From NCBI GenBank assembly GCA_963665615.2, contig CAXXQE010000006.1, positions 585,165 to 649,164 on the forward strand: a stretch of DNA of 64,000 bases. Reading direction: 5' to 3'. Shown piece by piece: positions 18,227-28,503 of the stretch (positions are counted from its first letter, which is position 1; each line of letters begins with the position of its first letter). The translations under genes and the position numbers were made by a program. Below the pieces are notes generated by a model, which worked only from the letters and a program-made list of their open reading frames with translations, was not told where the DNA came from and made no database searches. The stretch comes from Syntrophales bacterium. Its GTDB lineage: Bacteria > Desulfobacterota > Syntrophia > Syntrophales > UBA4778.

Positions 18227-21200
18227 ATGGCGACTATCCGCGAATTTTTATCAACCTTTTCAGATGATGAAAAATCGATTTTTTTCAGCTTCCGAGGCTT
18301 TCCAAATTATTTTTCAGTGGATTGGTTTTCAGAATTCCCTATTTCGACATTGATTGCTGTCATATCCGAAATTGAAAAACAGCAATGGCTTTCGCCTCAG
18401 CCAGGGAAGCGGGGGCACTATTTATGGACTTCAAAATTCCCCCAGCAAGAATGGAGCGCACAAATATCGCCGGAGGAAATGTCTAGACTGCATCGCAACT
18501 CAGTCGACAGACTTTCGAAAATTCTTCCGAAAGATGATGATATTCGTTTGGCTTTAGCCAAACAATGTATTCTGGCGGGATTACAGGAAGACGATTTGGC
18601 TATTATCACGGATGCGGCCCTTATTGAGGAAAACAAGAATAGAATATCAGACGCTATCCATCTTTATGACACCATCCTGTCTTTTATAGAACAATTAGTC
18701 ATCCGTGACGATGATTTATCGGAGACGACATGGAATATTTTTATTGATTCGATTGAACGTCGGGCGTCTCTCTCACTTTTGCACCCCACGCTGAGAAAAG
18801 CGAAACACTTTCTGAAGATCGCGCTGGAGCATGCCTGCAAGCGCAACAATCAAAAGACCCGCGCCTATATCGAGTTGTTAATCGGACAAAATTATTGGAT
18901 GCATTTTCAGCACAATCGGGCCATTGAGCATTTCAACCGCGGCTTGGAGATCATCAACACCCTTGATGACCGTGAACTTTACAAAAGAGCGCTTAAGATT
19001 CAGGGATTGATTCTCGCCGCCAAGGGCCACTACTTTGAAGCAATTAAGAGGTACGAAAACTCGCTGGGCGAATTGGAATCGCCTGAGAACAATGATTTTT
19101 TTCTCGTTGCGGCCCTAAATTTGTCTCTCTGCTACACGGAGGTCGGAATGCCTCAGAGGGGCCTCGGGATTTCAGAATCAATTCAAAAAAAATGTTCTAG
19201 AAATGACAACCTGCCCTTTATTAGCCTTCGCGCACACGACAGCAGGAATTATTTTTCTACATATTAGAAATCTCAAAGAAAGCAGATCAAATTTTGAAAA
19301 GGCCGCTGAACTTGCCAAATCCGCGCAACTCCCCATGATGGAAGGCCCTGGCGGGGATCGGCCTTGCCAATGTATGCTACTTTGAAGATGATAAGGACCG
19401 TGCCGCCGAGCATTTCAAATCTCTCTGGAAGATCTCAGAATCCGACTGGTATTGTTTTCTGAATTTCAGTCCTCTTTTAGAGGTGTTCTTTGCATTAAGA
19501 CCTAAATTTATCAATGATGGCATAGAGCATTTTTTTGATGTGCTTCGCACCATCAACCCCGAGGAAGTAGATCCTTTTGTTTATTCGGCCACTCAGCGCC
19601 TTTTACTTTTATCATCAGAAAATGAAAGCCCGCTCCAAGACAAAATTAATACCTTGTTAGCGTTAGAAGAAATGATAGAGGCGATGGGCGAGAGCATAGA
19701 AGCGTCCTTAATCAGGGCAGAACTGGCCAGACTATTCATGGTGGAGCGCGATATGCCGAAGGCGCAAGAATATGCATTAAAATCCTGGAAATTTCTCAAC
19801 TACAAAGCCAAGGCTTGTTTTCCTCTCGATTTGTTTCATTTGCTTCCTAAAGACTGCAAGGAATCCGAAAACACGATACTTGAACTGGTCATGACCATGG
19901 GTCGAGCGCTCGGTTATCAGGAAAATCCCGAAGAGACGCTTGTAAATATGATTTCTTTGATCGCCCAAATCGGCGGGGCAGAAAAAACGGGGCTTTTTGT
20001 AAAAGAAAAGAATTCATCAAATCTCAGACTGATTGCCTCCAGAAATCTTTTTCAGGAGGATGTAGAGGATGAGAGTTTTCATGAGAGCATGGAACTGATA
20101 AAATCTGCGGCCAATAACGCCGACAGCCTCCAATTTCTGCATTATGAGTTCGTCGGGAAAAAACGGATACTCCTTTCACCCATTATGCTGTCGCGAAAAA
20201 TTATTGGCGTACTTTATAAGGAGGGTCGTTTTCTCAACGTGGATATTGACATGGAAGACGATAACGAAAAATATATACCCATTCTCAACTCTCAAATTGC
20301 GCTCTCGATACAGCACCTTTTAGCGACTGCCGAAATCATGCAGTTGAACAAGAAATTACTTTCCGAAAATTTATACTATCTGGAGACGATGGACGAAATT
20401 CGCCCGTTCCGGGATATCGTCGGGACCAGCAAAGGGATTATGGAGGTACAGGCGCTTATCCGAAAAGTCGCCCCGACCCAATCAACGGTTTTAGTGCATG
20501 GAGAAACAGGGGTCGGAAAGGAGCTTGTTGCTCGAGCGATCCACCGAGAGAGTCCGAGAAAGGATGGGCCTTTCATTCGTGTTAATTGCGCCGCCCTTCC
20601 GGATACATTAATCGACAGTGAGCTCTTCGGACATGAAAAAGGGGCATTTACAGGCGCCACGCACACCAAGGCAGGTCGCTTTGAGCTCGCGAATAATGGA
20701 ACGATTTTTCTTGATGAGATTTCCGAACTTCCTCCCTCAACGCAAGCAAGATTGCTTAGGATTCTGCAAGAAAAGGAATTCCAGCGAGTAGGCGGCACCA
20801 AAACCCTGAGTTCGAATTTCCGGTTAGTCGCAGCGACGAACAAGGATTTATCCGATGCAGTCGAAAAGGGAAATTTTAGGGCGGATCTCTATTATCGATT
20901 GAATGTCTTTCCGATCAATGTTCCACCTCTCAGAGAGAGAATAGCGGATATCCCTCTACTCGTAGATCACTTTGTCAAATTCCATTGTACCCAAAATTCG
21001 AAAGAGTATCTCGGTATCTCCAATGCAGATATGGAAAATTTCAAGGCCTATTCCTGGCCGGGCAATATTCGTGAACTTTCGAATACAATCGAACTTGCCG
21101 TCATTATGGGAGGGGCAAAGCTTACGTTCCCTAAATTTAAACAGTATGATGATCGTGTTAAGCCAAGTCTCAACGAAAAATTTAATCTCAAAGATGGTGA

Positions 21201-21369
21201 ACGAGCGCGAATTTTGGAGGCTCTTGAAAAAAGTGGCGGAAAAATAGGCGGCAATGATGGGGCGGCTGCACTTGTAGGCCTAAATCGAACAACCCTCATC
21301 CATCGCATGAAAAAGCTGGGAATCAAAATCGAAAATCGGCAGACAATCTCCATTCAGAAGAGTGCCTAA
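18227..21369 (+). pseudogene. Sigma-54-dependent transcriptional activator (TPR-like N-terminal region, GAF-like domain, AAA+ domain, HTH) interrupted by two frameshifts
   Basis: ORFs 18227..19267, 19203..19385 and 19483..21369 lie in three different frames. Joined, they are collinear with the intact paralog 21522..24662 (MATIREFLSTFSDDEKSIFFSF...SVDWFS versus MNAVEDFFSGISEHDKEVFLSL...SIDWFS). The first shift is at or near the A8 run at 19185-19192; the second is near 19335-19350. The C-terminal part has GETGVGKE, GAFTGA and a C-terminal HTH. Confidence 0.75.
20668..20807. repeat. 140-bp block, 139/140 identical to the reverse complement of 22060-22199 (left copy)
   Basis: Checked base by base. 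There is a single mismatch (gagctc versus gaactc). Flanking paralogous sequence is only about 70 percent identical. Confidence 0.9.
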
Positions 21370-21521
21370 GGCATCCTTAATCCAAGCCTCTCTTTGCAAG
21401 AAGATGGGCTTGATTGTCAGTTGGATAAAAAAGGCGTGTCAACAAAGGCCCTTCGAGATTATGTGAAGAACACGGTACGGGCATCGATTCGAATTACAAC
21501 AGGCCCTCCTATCTATTTGGT

Positions 21522-24500
21522 TTACGAAACAACTTTTTTTACCGAGATATTGTGCCTTTTAATACGAGACGCGAGCGTTGTTCGATTTAGGCCCAAAAGC
21601 GAAGCGGCACCGCTCGGTCCGCCAATTGTGCCATTCGTCAGCCTTAATGCCTTTAATATTTGTGCCTTCTCAAATTCCTTGGAATCCATAAACTCATTAT
21701 GGATGTTGTCGACTTTTTTTCTGTTTACAATATCACTAAATGAAATTTTGTCTTTTCCAAGAATTACGGATCGTTCGATAATGTTGGAAAGCTCCCGAAT
21801 ATTGCCCGGCCAGTTATAGTTGACAAGCTTATCCATCTCAGACTCTGGAATACCATCGAAGTGCTTGTTGAATTGAGAGCAATGTTGATGAAAGAAATGA
21901 ATTGCAAGCGGGGGAATGTCTTCTTTTCTCTCTCGCAAAGGCGGAACGAATATTGGGAAAATGTTAAGTCTGTAGAAAAGATCCGCCCTGAATTTTCCTT
22001 TCGCAACTTCTCTTTCCAGATCCTTGTTTGTTGCTGCAATCAGCCGGAAATCAGAAGAGAGGGTTTTGGTGCCGCCTACTCGCTGGAATTCCTTTTCTTG
22101 CAGAATCCTAAGCAATCTTGCTTGCGTTGAGGGAGGAAGTTCGGAAATCTCATCAAGAAAAATCGTTCCATTATTCGCGAGTTCAAAGCGACCTGCCTTT
22201 GTTTTTATTGCGCCGGTAAAAGCGCCCTTTTCATGACCAAACAATTCACTATCAATCAGGGTATCGGGCAATGCAGCACAATTTACTCGGATAAAGGGCT
22301 TGTCGCATCTTGGACTGTTATTGTGAATGGCTCTGGCAATGAGTTCTTTCCCAACCCCTGTTTCTCCATGGATTAGAACAGTAGACTGTGTCGAAGCAAC
22401 TTTTTGAATAAGCACTTGAACCTGTAAGATTGCACCGCTGATTCCGATAATGTTGCCGAAGGGGCGTAATTCCTTCTGTTCATCTTGGTAATACTGATTT
22501 TCTCGAATCAAATTTTTATTCAACTGCAGGATTTCATCATATGCCTGCGCCCGATCAACGGAAACGGCGATTTGTGTTCCCAATGCAGACAAAAGTTTAT
22601 GCTTTTGAGTGATGTTGTCAAAGGGAAGAAAACGGCTATCCAGATAAAGAACCCCCGTAACTCTTTTATTGAGAACGAGCGGCGTAATGCAAATATGAAG
22701 GGCATCATCGGAATCGTTAAACGAAATTTTCTTTTCGATTACACAACTATCTCGGCTTTCAGCAGTTAATTTTATTTTTTCTGAAACAGCCTTAAACCAT
22801 CGTTCATTCATATGTTCATACGTAAAGTTCCTGGAGGCTGTAATCTGCAATTCGGAAGAAAATTTATCCTTGATAAAAAGAGCTGTACGTTCAGCGCCCA
22901 TCATTCTTGATATTGACGTAATAATACTGCAAAGAAGCTGCTCCAGGTTTTCCTGATTCGATAGTGCTTCTCCAATTTCGATGATGAGTTCAGATAACTT
23001 GTTTTCATCCGTATTTTCCTCCTCATGAATAAAGTGTCTGAGATTGTTTGGAAAAAGATTTTTACAGATGGGCTTTAAAAACTTCCAAGCTGATTGCGCA
23101 TACAACTCCGCCGCTTCCCAATCATTTACTTGCAATGACATTGAAGCAATATCAGTTCTAAGTTTTGCCAATTCTATCGTTTCACCAATTTGACAAATGG
23201 AGGTTTCGATAGCCTTGAATTCTTCCAGCTTATCCTTGACCTGCAGATTCGGTTCTAAATATTTCAGGTGTTGCAACTTAATGAGGCCATGCAAAAAAGG
23301 ATTCAGCTGTTCTGCTCGAAGTCGATCCACATGATTGAGAAATAACTCGAGTTCTTTTGTATAAACATTTTGCGCATACAAAATATATCCAACATCAAAA
23401 ACAGGATATAGATTAAAAAAATGCAACCACTTTGATTTATGGATTTTGGCGAGGATTCTAAAGTGGTCGGCGGCGGCGGTATAATTTCCCTTCAAGCATT
23501 CGATTTTGGCCAGCCCAAGACTTGCAATCACCTCCTGCCTAGGAAGTCTTTCTTGAACCGAAAGGTTTAGTCCCTTTTCGAAATAGGTGCGGCTATTCTC
23601 CAGTTGCATGATTTCAAGGAGAATGCTTCCCATGGTCACCAGGGCATAGCTGGCCATAGGCCAATGTTTTTGTTTCTCTGTCTTGCTTAATATCGTTTCT
23701 GCTATTCCCAAACCACGTTGCGGCATCCCGATCTCAGCATATGATTGGGCAAGGTGAAGAGCCGTCACATAGGTGAGATCATCAGCTTCGAAATCCTCCG
23801 TTTTACCCAGAGATTCTTCATAGATTCGAATGGATTCATGAACCTGCCCTTTGAGCCAGAGTGAAAGACCTTGCAGTTGAAACCCCTTTCGATAGAGCAC
23901 CTGATCGTTAATCGTCTGGATCATTGCCCAGCCCCCATCGAAGTGGTCTGTTGAGGCTTTGTATTCGAGCTCCGTCCAGTAGTAAAGCCCCATGCAAAGA
24001 TGGAGAAACGCCTCATGTGCCTTCTCTTCGAGTTCCGCCGCAATAACCAGTCCTTTTGACAGCCAACGATAAATTTTTTCTTTATTAGGATCAAAAATGG
24101 TCGAATACGTTACGACCCGGGCTAATGCTTTTAAAAAAGTATAGAGCATTTCTTTGGGCGGTTTTGTCTCGGTTGTCTCCAGATAATTGTCAATAAACGA
24201 TAAGAGCGTATGAAGCAGGTTAATTGCCGATGAAATCCTATGCTGTTTTCTTTCAGTAACAGCCGCTCGGTAAATAATATTGATGTGAGATGGTTCCAGG
24301 CCGGCGGACAGACATTGGTGAGCGATGCTGAGAATCCCTTGATCATTCATGGGCAGATGTTCTTGAAGCATAGATACGGAATTTCGATAATAGGGCATCA
24401 TTATTTCTGGAGGAATTGCTTTCAAAAATGCGGAACGAGGAAAGTCTTTTGCCCATCGATAAAAACCGGGGTCATCCGAAATAGATGCGACCCATTTCTT

Positions 24501-24662
24501 TTGACTGAGAGCGCTAACCATCGTAAACAATTGTGACAAGAGAAAATTTGGATTACCGGAAAACCAATCAATTGAAAAATATTCTTTGAAAGCCAGGAGA
24601 CTTAAAAAGACTTCTTTATCATGTTCACTTATGCCTGAAAAAAAATCCTCAACGGCATTCAT
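21522..24662 (-). CDS. Sigma-54-dependent transcriptional activator, 1046 aa (TPR-like N-terminal region, GAF-like domain, AAA+ domain, Fis-type HTH)
   Basis: GETGVGKE Walker A, ELFGHEKGAFTGA sigma-54 contact motif, and ...GGPSGAASLLGLNRTTLASRIKRH HTH. Divergent from the 25168 operon and its -24/-12 promoter. Confidence 0.9.
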   Translation of the reverse strand: MNAVEDFFSGISEHDKEVFLSLLAFKEYFSIDWFSGNPNFLLSQLFTMVSALSQKKWVASISDDPGFYRWAKDFPRSAFLKAIPPEIMMPYYRNSVSMLQEHLPMNDQGILSIAHQCLSAGLEPSHINIIYRAAVTERKQHRISSAINLLHTLLSFIDNYLETTETKPPKEMLYTFLKALARVVTYSTIFDPNKEKIYRWLSKGLVIAAELEEKAHEAFLHLCMGLYYWTELEYKASTDHFDGGWAMIQTINDQVLYRKGFQLQGLSLWLKGQVHESIRIYEESLGKTEDFEADDLTYVTALHLAQSYAEIGMPQRGLGIAETILSKTEKQKHWPMASYALVTMGSILLEIMQLENSRTYFEKGLNLSVQERLPRQEVIASLGLAKIECLKGNYTAAADHFRILAKIHKSKWLHFFNLYPVFDVGYILYAQNVYTKELELFLNHVDRLRAEQLNPFLHGLIKLQHLKYLEPNLQVKDKLEEFKAIETSICQIGETIELAKLRTDIASMSLQVNDWEAAELYAQSAWKFLKPICKNLFPNNLRHFIHEEENTDENKLSELIIEIGEALSNQENLEQLLCSIITSISRMMGAERTALFIKDKFSSELQITASRNFTYEHMNERWFKAVSEKIKLTAESRDSCVIEKKISFNDSDDALHICITPLVLNKRVTGVLYLDSRFLPFDNITQKHKLLSALGTQIAVSVDRAQAYDEILQLNKNLIRENQYYQDEQKELRPFGNIIGISGAILQVQVLIQKVASTQSTVLIHGETGVGKELIARAIHNNSPRCDKPFIRVNCAALPDTLIDSELFGHEKGAFTGAIKTKAGRFELANNGTIFLDEISELPPSTQARLLRILQEKEFQRVGGTKTLSSDFRLIAATNKDLEREVAKGKFRADLFYRLNIFPIFVPPLRERKEDIPPLAIHFFHQHCSQFNKHFDGIPESEMDKLVNYNWPGNIRELSNIIERSVILGKDKISFSDIVNRKKVDNIHNEFMDSKEFEKAQILKALRLTNGTIGGPSGAASLLGLNRTTLASRIKRHNISVKKVVS
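22060..22199. repeat. 140-bp block (right copy, inverted) matching 20668-20807
   Basis: See the left copy. It covers the AAA+ segment ...KAGRFELANNGTIFLDEISELPPSTQARLLRILQEKEFQRVGGTKT in both genes. Confidence 0.9.
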
Positions 24663-24711
24663 TTGAGTCCTTTCTTCATTTTCCTTTTACCATACTTTGC
24701 CAATGGCTAGA

Positions 24712-24729
24712 TGTCAACGAAAGTTGATA
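24712..24729. promoter_or_regulatory. Inverted repeat TGTCAAC-gaaa-GTTGATA (candidate upstream activator site for P1)
   Basis: 6/7 complementary arms, about 100-117 bp upstream of the -24 element at 24829. Confidence 0.3.
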
Positions 24730-24828
24730 ATTCGTCACACGCCGAGTTATCGGCACACATGAAGAGCCGCAATGCGCCTTGTGGCAATATAAGTAATTGT
24801 TTTATTTAGTATTATTATAAATTACGCA

Positions 24829-24844
24829 TGGCATAAGATATGCA
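24829..24844 (+). promoter_or_regulatory. Sigma-54 (-24/-12) promoter candidate P1 for the 25168..30135 operon
   Basis: TGGCATaagatATGCA, with GG and GC in exact consensus register. It is divergent from the intact activator gene. The first start codon is about 325 nt downstream. Confidence 0.55.
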
Positions 24845-25096
24845 GACTCATAGGCACGAGTTTATCCTGTTAGAGATTCACGGACAAATCCAGGCCAGTG
24901 CGATGCCAAAGTTGATGGTTGGTTGGGCGACCATAGGCCAATGTCTGGTCGTCAGGAAATGGCGTTCGTAGCTAATACGGATTGCATCGATAGTGCTATC
25001 TGCATCGGCATACCCGGACGAAGAAGTCGCAATGCTTCTCAGAAGGGCAAACGATCCCGGATGATGATTAAACAAGCATGAATAGAGCGCGATTAG

Positions 25097-25135
25097 CTTT
25101 TGAATGGCCTCTCAATTTGAGAGGCCATTCAAAAG
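25097..25135. repeat. Perfect 39-bp palindrome (19-bp arms, 1-nt centre) in the operon leader
   Basis: CTTTTGAATGGCCTCTCAA-t-TTGAGAGGCCATTCAAAAG. It ends 32 nt before the GTG start at 25168 and lies just upstream of the GGAGAGGAGAAG Shine-Dalgarno. Confidence 0.85.
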
Positions 25136-25167
25136 AATAAAGATGCTCTTGGAGAGGAGAAGTCGAA

Positions 25168-26313
25168 GTGCAAAACAAATCCAGATTGGAAGCGCTTAAA
25201 GAACTCACATATCCAGCAAAAACCCTCTTTAATTCCCATTTAGAGGACTGGAGAAACAAAGGGGGGAAGGTTGTAGGATATTTTTGTTCCTTTGTGCCGC
25301 CGGAAATCATTTCCGCCGCCGGTCTTCTTCCCGTGAGAATGAGAGCTACCGGGAATAAAGGAACAGAACTATCGGATGCATATATGGGAAGCATAAGTTG
25401 TAGTTTTTCGAGAAACTGTCTCAATATGGCCCTGAAAGGAGACTATGACTTTTTAGATGGGATTATTTTTGGCAACACCTGTGATCAAGTCCGGCGGCTA
25501 TATGACATCTGGGAACGAAAGATGAGGCCGTGTATTAAAATATTGAGTATCCCTCGAAAGACGGGCAACGACCAAATCCAATGGTATCGTGACGAACTGG
25601 CTTCTTTAAGACTAGCACTCGGCAATCATTTCGGCGTTGAGATTAGCGATAAGTGCCTAAGAAAACAAATATGGATATATAATGAGACACGTCATCTGCA
25701 AAAGATGATTTTCCATCTTCTGAAAGCTAAGACCCCGCCCCTTAAAGGATCCGAAGTCTTATCTATTTTGGTTGCAGGAACGGCTATGCCAATTGAGCGT
25801 TACAATATTCTTTTGAAGAACTATCTTGATACCGTTACCAACGTCGAGGACACGGCCGATGCCAGACCGAGATTGATGATTATAGGTAGTATTTTAGATG
25901 ATCCAGATTATGTGAAAGTCATTGAGGATGTTGGTGCTCATGTCGTTGCTGGATATCATTGCTTCGCAAAGGCCGCCTGGAAAGATGCCATTGATGGTTC
26001 CGGAGACCCTTTGCAGGCTCTTGCGCATAGCTATATTGCGGATCTGCCATACTGCCCGCGGATGTTTGGCGTCTTTCCGAAGACGGCCGAGTATCTAAAA
26101 ACAATGATCAAAGAATTTAAAGTGGACGGTGTAATAGGCGAACGCATGCAATTCTGTGATTCGTCCGGTTTTCAAATGACCATGCTTGAGGATGAATTTA
26201 AGAAAGAGAATATCCCCTTTTTGGTTTTGGACAGGGAATACGTATTGGGCGGTATCGGTCAAATGAAGACGAGGGTGCAGGCGTTTCTTGAGACGTTGGA
26301 AGGAGGTAATTAG
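25168..26313 (+). CDS. 2-hydroxyacyl-CoA dehydratase / benzoyl-CoA reductase family (HGD-D) subunit 1
   Basis: 381 aa. Family-typical Cys motifs GYFCSFVPPEI, GNTCDQV and MQFCDSSG. GTG start with GGAGAGGAGAAG upstream. Confidence 0.85.
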   Translation: MQNKSRLEALKELTYPAKTLFNSHLEDWRNKGGKVVGYFCSFVPPEIISAAGLLPVRMRATGNKGTELSDAYMGSISCSFSRNCLNMALKGDYDFLDGIIFGNTCDQVRRLYDIWERKMRPCIKILSIPRKTGNDQIQWYRDELASLRLALGNHFGVEISDKCLRKQIWIYNETRHLQKMIFHLLKAKTPPLKGSEVLSILVAGTAMPIERYNILLKNYLDTVTNVEDTADARPRLMIIGSILDDPDYVKVIEDVGAHVVAGYHCFAKAAWKDAIDGSGDPLQALAHSYIADLPYCPRMFGVFPKTAEYLKTMIKEFKVDGVIGERMQFCDSSGFQMTMLEDEFKKENIPFLVLDREYVLGGIGQMKTRVQAFLETLEGGN

Positions 26314-27602
26314 TGGTGTTACAAAGCGCTAAAACGATGGAACATCTGAACGGGTTTCTTAAGGAGTATACCGCTATGGCCAGACACATGGCGAAGAGTT
26401 CAGACGAGGAACTTCAGTTGCAGGTCCCCATGCTCCAGCTTCTTATAGATGAGACTGAATTGCTCATTCAGTGTGCTGAAAAAGAGAAACCAATCGTAAT
26501 GAGCTGGTACAATCTCGCACCAGAGATATTTTCCGCCATGGATATCGTCTGGTATGATTTATCTCAGCTCATCGCGCCAACGTCACGATCAGTCGTAAAG
26601 AAATGGGCCGATGCCGATCAACTCTCACTCCCAAAAGACATTTGCAGTTTACATCGGTTAATGATGTCTGTGATTAAAAATGAGGAAGTTCCGGTTCCAA
26701 CGGCAATGATAGCCCTGCTCTATCCCTGCGACGGCGTTTCACCCTTTCACGATGCCGTGCTTCAGCGATGGCGCAATGTGCCTTATTTCGCCATAGATCC
26801 CCCCTATGAGGATGACGAGCGCTCAATCGCCTATGCCGCTGGAGAATTCAGGCATATGATCTCATTTCTCGAAGAACAAACAGGAATAAAAATGGATTTC
26901 CGCAGATTGAAACAAGCCGTGGAGGAATCCAATGCTCAATATCGGTTATTTATGGAGTACAACGAACTGAAACGGGCAATTCCCTGTCCCCATCAGTCTT
27001 TCTTCGGTACGGTATTAGGCCCAATAACCCAATGTTTTTATCTGTCAGCCGGAAAGCCGCGGGGCACGGCGCTTTTGAAAAGTTTTGTTGAGCACGCAGA
27101 AAAGCGCGTAAAAGAGAAAAAAGGGTCTTCATTCAAAGAAAGAATCCGGGTTTATTGGGCTGACTTGCCGCCCAATGCCATCATGGGAGAACTGAGACCC
27201 TGGCTGCAGGAAGAATGGGGCGCAAACGTGGTCATGGACTATGTGAGTGATTGTCCATATGAACTCATTGATACATCGAGTGAAGAAACCATTCTGCATG
27301 GACTGGCGGATAGATCTCTGAATCATTCCTGGATGATCAGACAGGCGCGGGGGCGTATAGATACGATCATTGATGACTATATACGGATCGTTAATGATTA
27401 CAAAATCGACTGTGTCTTCATTCCAGGTCACATGGGGCACAAAGATGGATCAGCTGCGCTGGGGCTTCTCAAAGAAGTATGTCGTGAGTTGGGGGTCCCG
27501 TCCCTGTATATTGGCATGGACCTTTGGGATCCGAGATATACCCCTATAGACGAAATGAAGGACAAGATTTCGACATTCTTCTCTACAATGGAATTGGGAT
27601 AA
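26313..27602 (+). CDS. HGD-D family subunit 2 (divergent; lacks Cys at two of the three expected ligand positions by eye)
   Basis: 429 aa. The GTG start overlaps the TAG stop of subunit 1 by 1 nt, with GGAGG upstream. It aligns with subunit 1: SWYNLAPEIF versus GYFCSFVPPEI, LYPCDGV versus GNTCDQV, and PGHMGHKDGS versus RMQFCDSSG. Confidence 0.8.
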   Translation: MVLQSAKTMEHLNGFLKEYTAMARHMAKSSDEELQLQVPMLQLLIDETELLIQCAEKEKPIVMSWYNLAPEIFSAMDIVWYDLSQLIAPTSRSVVKKWADADQLSLPKDICSLHRLMMSVIKNEEVPVPTAMIALLYPCDGVSPFHDAVLQRWRNVPYFAIDPPYEDDERSIAYAAGEFRHMISFLEEQTGIKMDFRRLKQAVEESNAQYRLFMEYNELKRAIPCPHQSFFGTVLGPITQCFYLSAGKPRGTALLKSFVEHAEKRVKEKKGSSFKERIRVYWADLPPNAIMGELRPWLQEEWGANVVMDYVSDCPYELIDTSSEETILHGLADRSLNHSWMIRQARGRIDTIIDDYIRIVNDYKIDCVFIPGHMGHKDGSAALGLLKEVCRELGVPSLYIGMDLWDPRYTPIDEMKDKISTFFSTMELG

Positions 27603-27651
27603 GGTTTATTTGGGTTAGAGAAGACTTGATATAAGAATAAGGAGCTATCGC

Positions 27652-28464
27652 ATGAATGTCAGCATGAATGGTTATTATTTTGGAGGCTGTGATGTAGGAT
27701 CCACTACAGGGAAAGCTGTGATTATGAAAGATGGAAATATTATCTCCCATTCAATTGTCAGATCCACCACGAAACCAGAGTTGACGGCACACATAGCGAC
27801 GGATGATGCAATCACGAAGGCGGGGTTAGGTTCGATAGATGATCTGACGTTCATTGTTGGGACAGGATATGGTCGCCTCAAGATCCCTTTTGCTAATGAG
27901 AATATTTCCGAGATAACGTGTCACGCCCGGGGTGCGAAGTGGCTGTCCCCTTCCGTTGGCACTGTGATCGATATCGGGGGGCAAGATTGTAAAGTCATGT
28001 CATTGGACGAGAAGGGCAAGGTTAAGGAATTTCTCATGAATGATAAGTGCGCTTCTGGAACCGGGCGCTTCTTCGAAGCTATGACACGGGTTCTTTCTTG
28101 CGATCTGGATGCGTTCTCATTACTCTCGCTCAATTCAAAAAAACCGGCAACCATTACTTCTCAGTGCAGTGTGTTTGCTGAGTCTGAAGTCATAACCCTG
28201 ATTAACGAAGGGGTCGATTTAGGTGAAATCTGTGCAGGCATTAATGAATCAATTGCGATTAGGTTAATTGCGATGGTGAGAAGAATAGGTTTCAATGGAG
28301 ATTTAACTGTAACGGGCGGTTGCGCAAAGAATGCGGGATTGATAGATGCGCTGGAGAAGCGGTTTGAAATAAGCATAAAAAGACTATCAGTGGATACCCA
28401 AATAGTTGGGGCAATAGGCGCATCGTTGATCGCCGCGGAAAAATGGCAAAAGAACAACAGCTGA
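27652..28464 (+). CDS. BcrAD/BadFG-type ATPase: activase of HGD/BCR-family enzymes (HgdC-like)
   Basis: GGCDVGSTTGKAV phosphate-1 motif, IDIGGQDCKV, and the two cluster-bridging Cys contexts NDKCASGTGRFFE and SQCSVFAESEV. AAGGAG upstream. Confidence 0.9.
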   Translation: MNVSMNGYYFGGCDVGSTTGKAVIMKDGNIISHSIVRSTTKPELTAHIATDDAITKAGLGSIDDLTFIVGTGYGRLKIPFANENISEITCHARGAKWLSPSVGTVIDIGGQDCKVMSLDEKGKVKEFLMNDKCASGTGRFFEAMTRVLSCDLDAFSLLSLNSKKPATITSQCSVFAESEVITLINEGVDLGEICAGINESIAIRLIAMVRRIGFNGDLTVTGGCAKNAGLIDALEKRFEISIKRLSVDTQIVGAIGASLIAAEKWQKNNS

Positions 28465-28503
28465 GTAAGATTTGACAAAAAGAGTTTACTTGAGGAATAG
28501 CAC

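Noticed and set aside
24878-25424. Two minus-strand ORFs (65 and 118 aa) in and around the leader of the HGD-type operon
   Set aside because: They overlap the promoter/leader and the 5' end of a well-supported plus-strand gene. They have no motifs or ribosome-binding sites.
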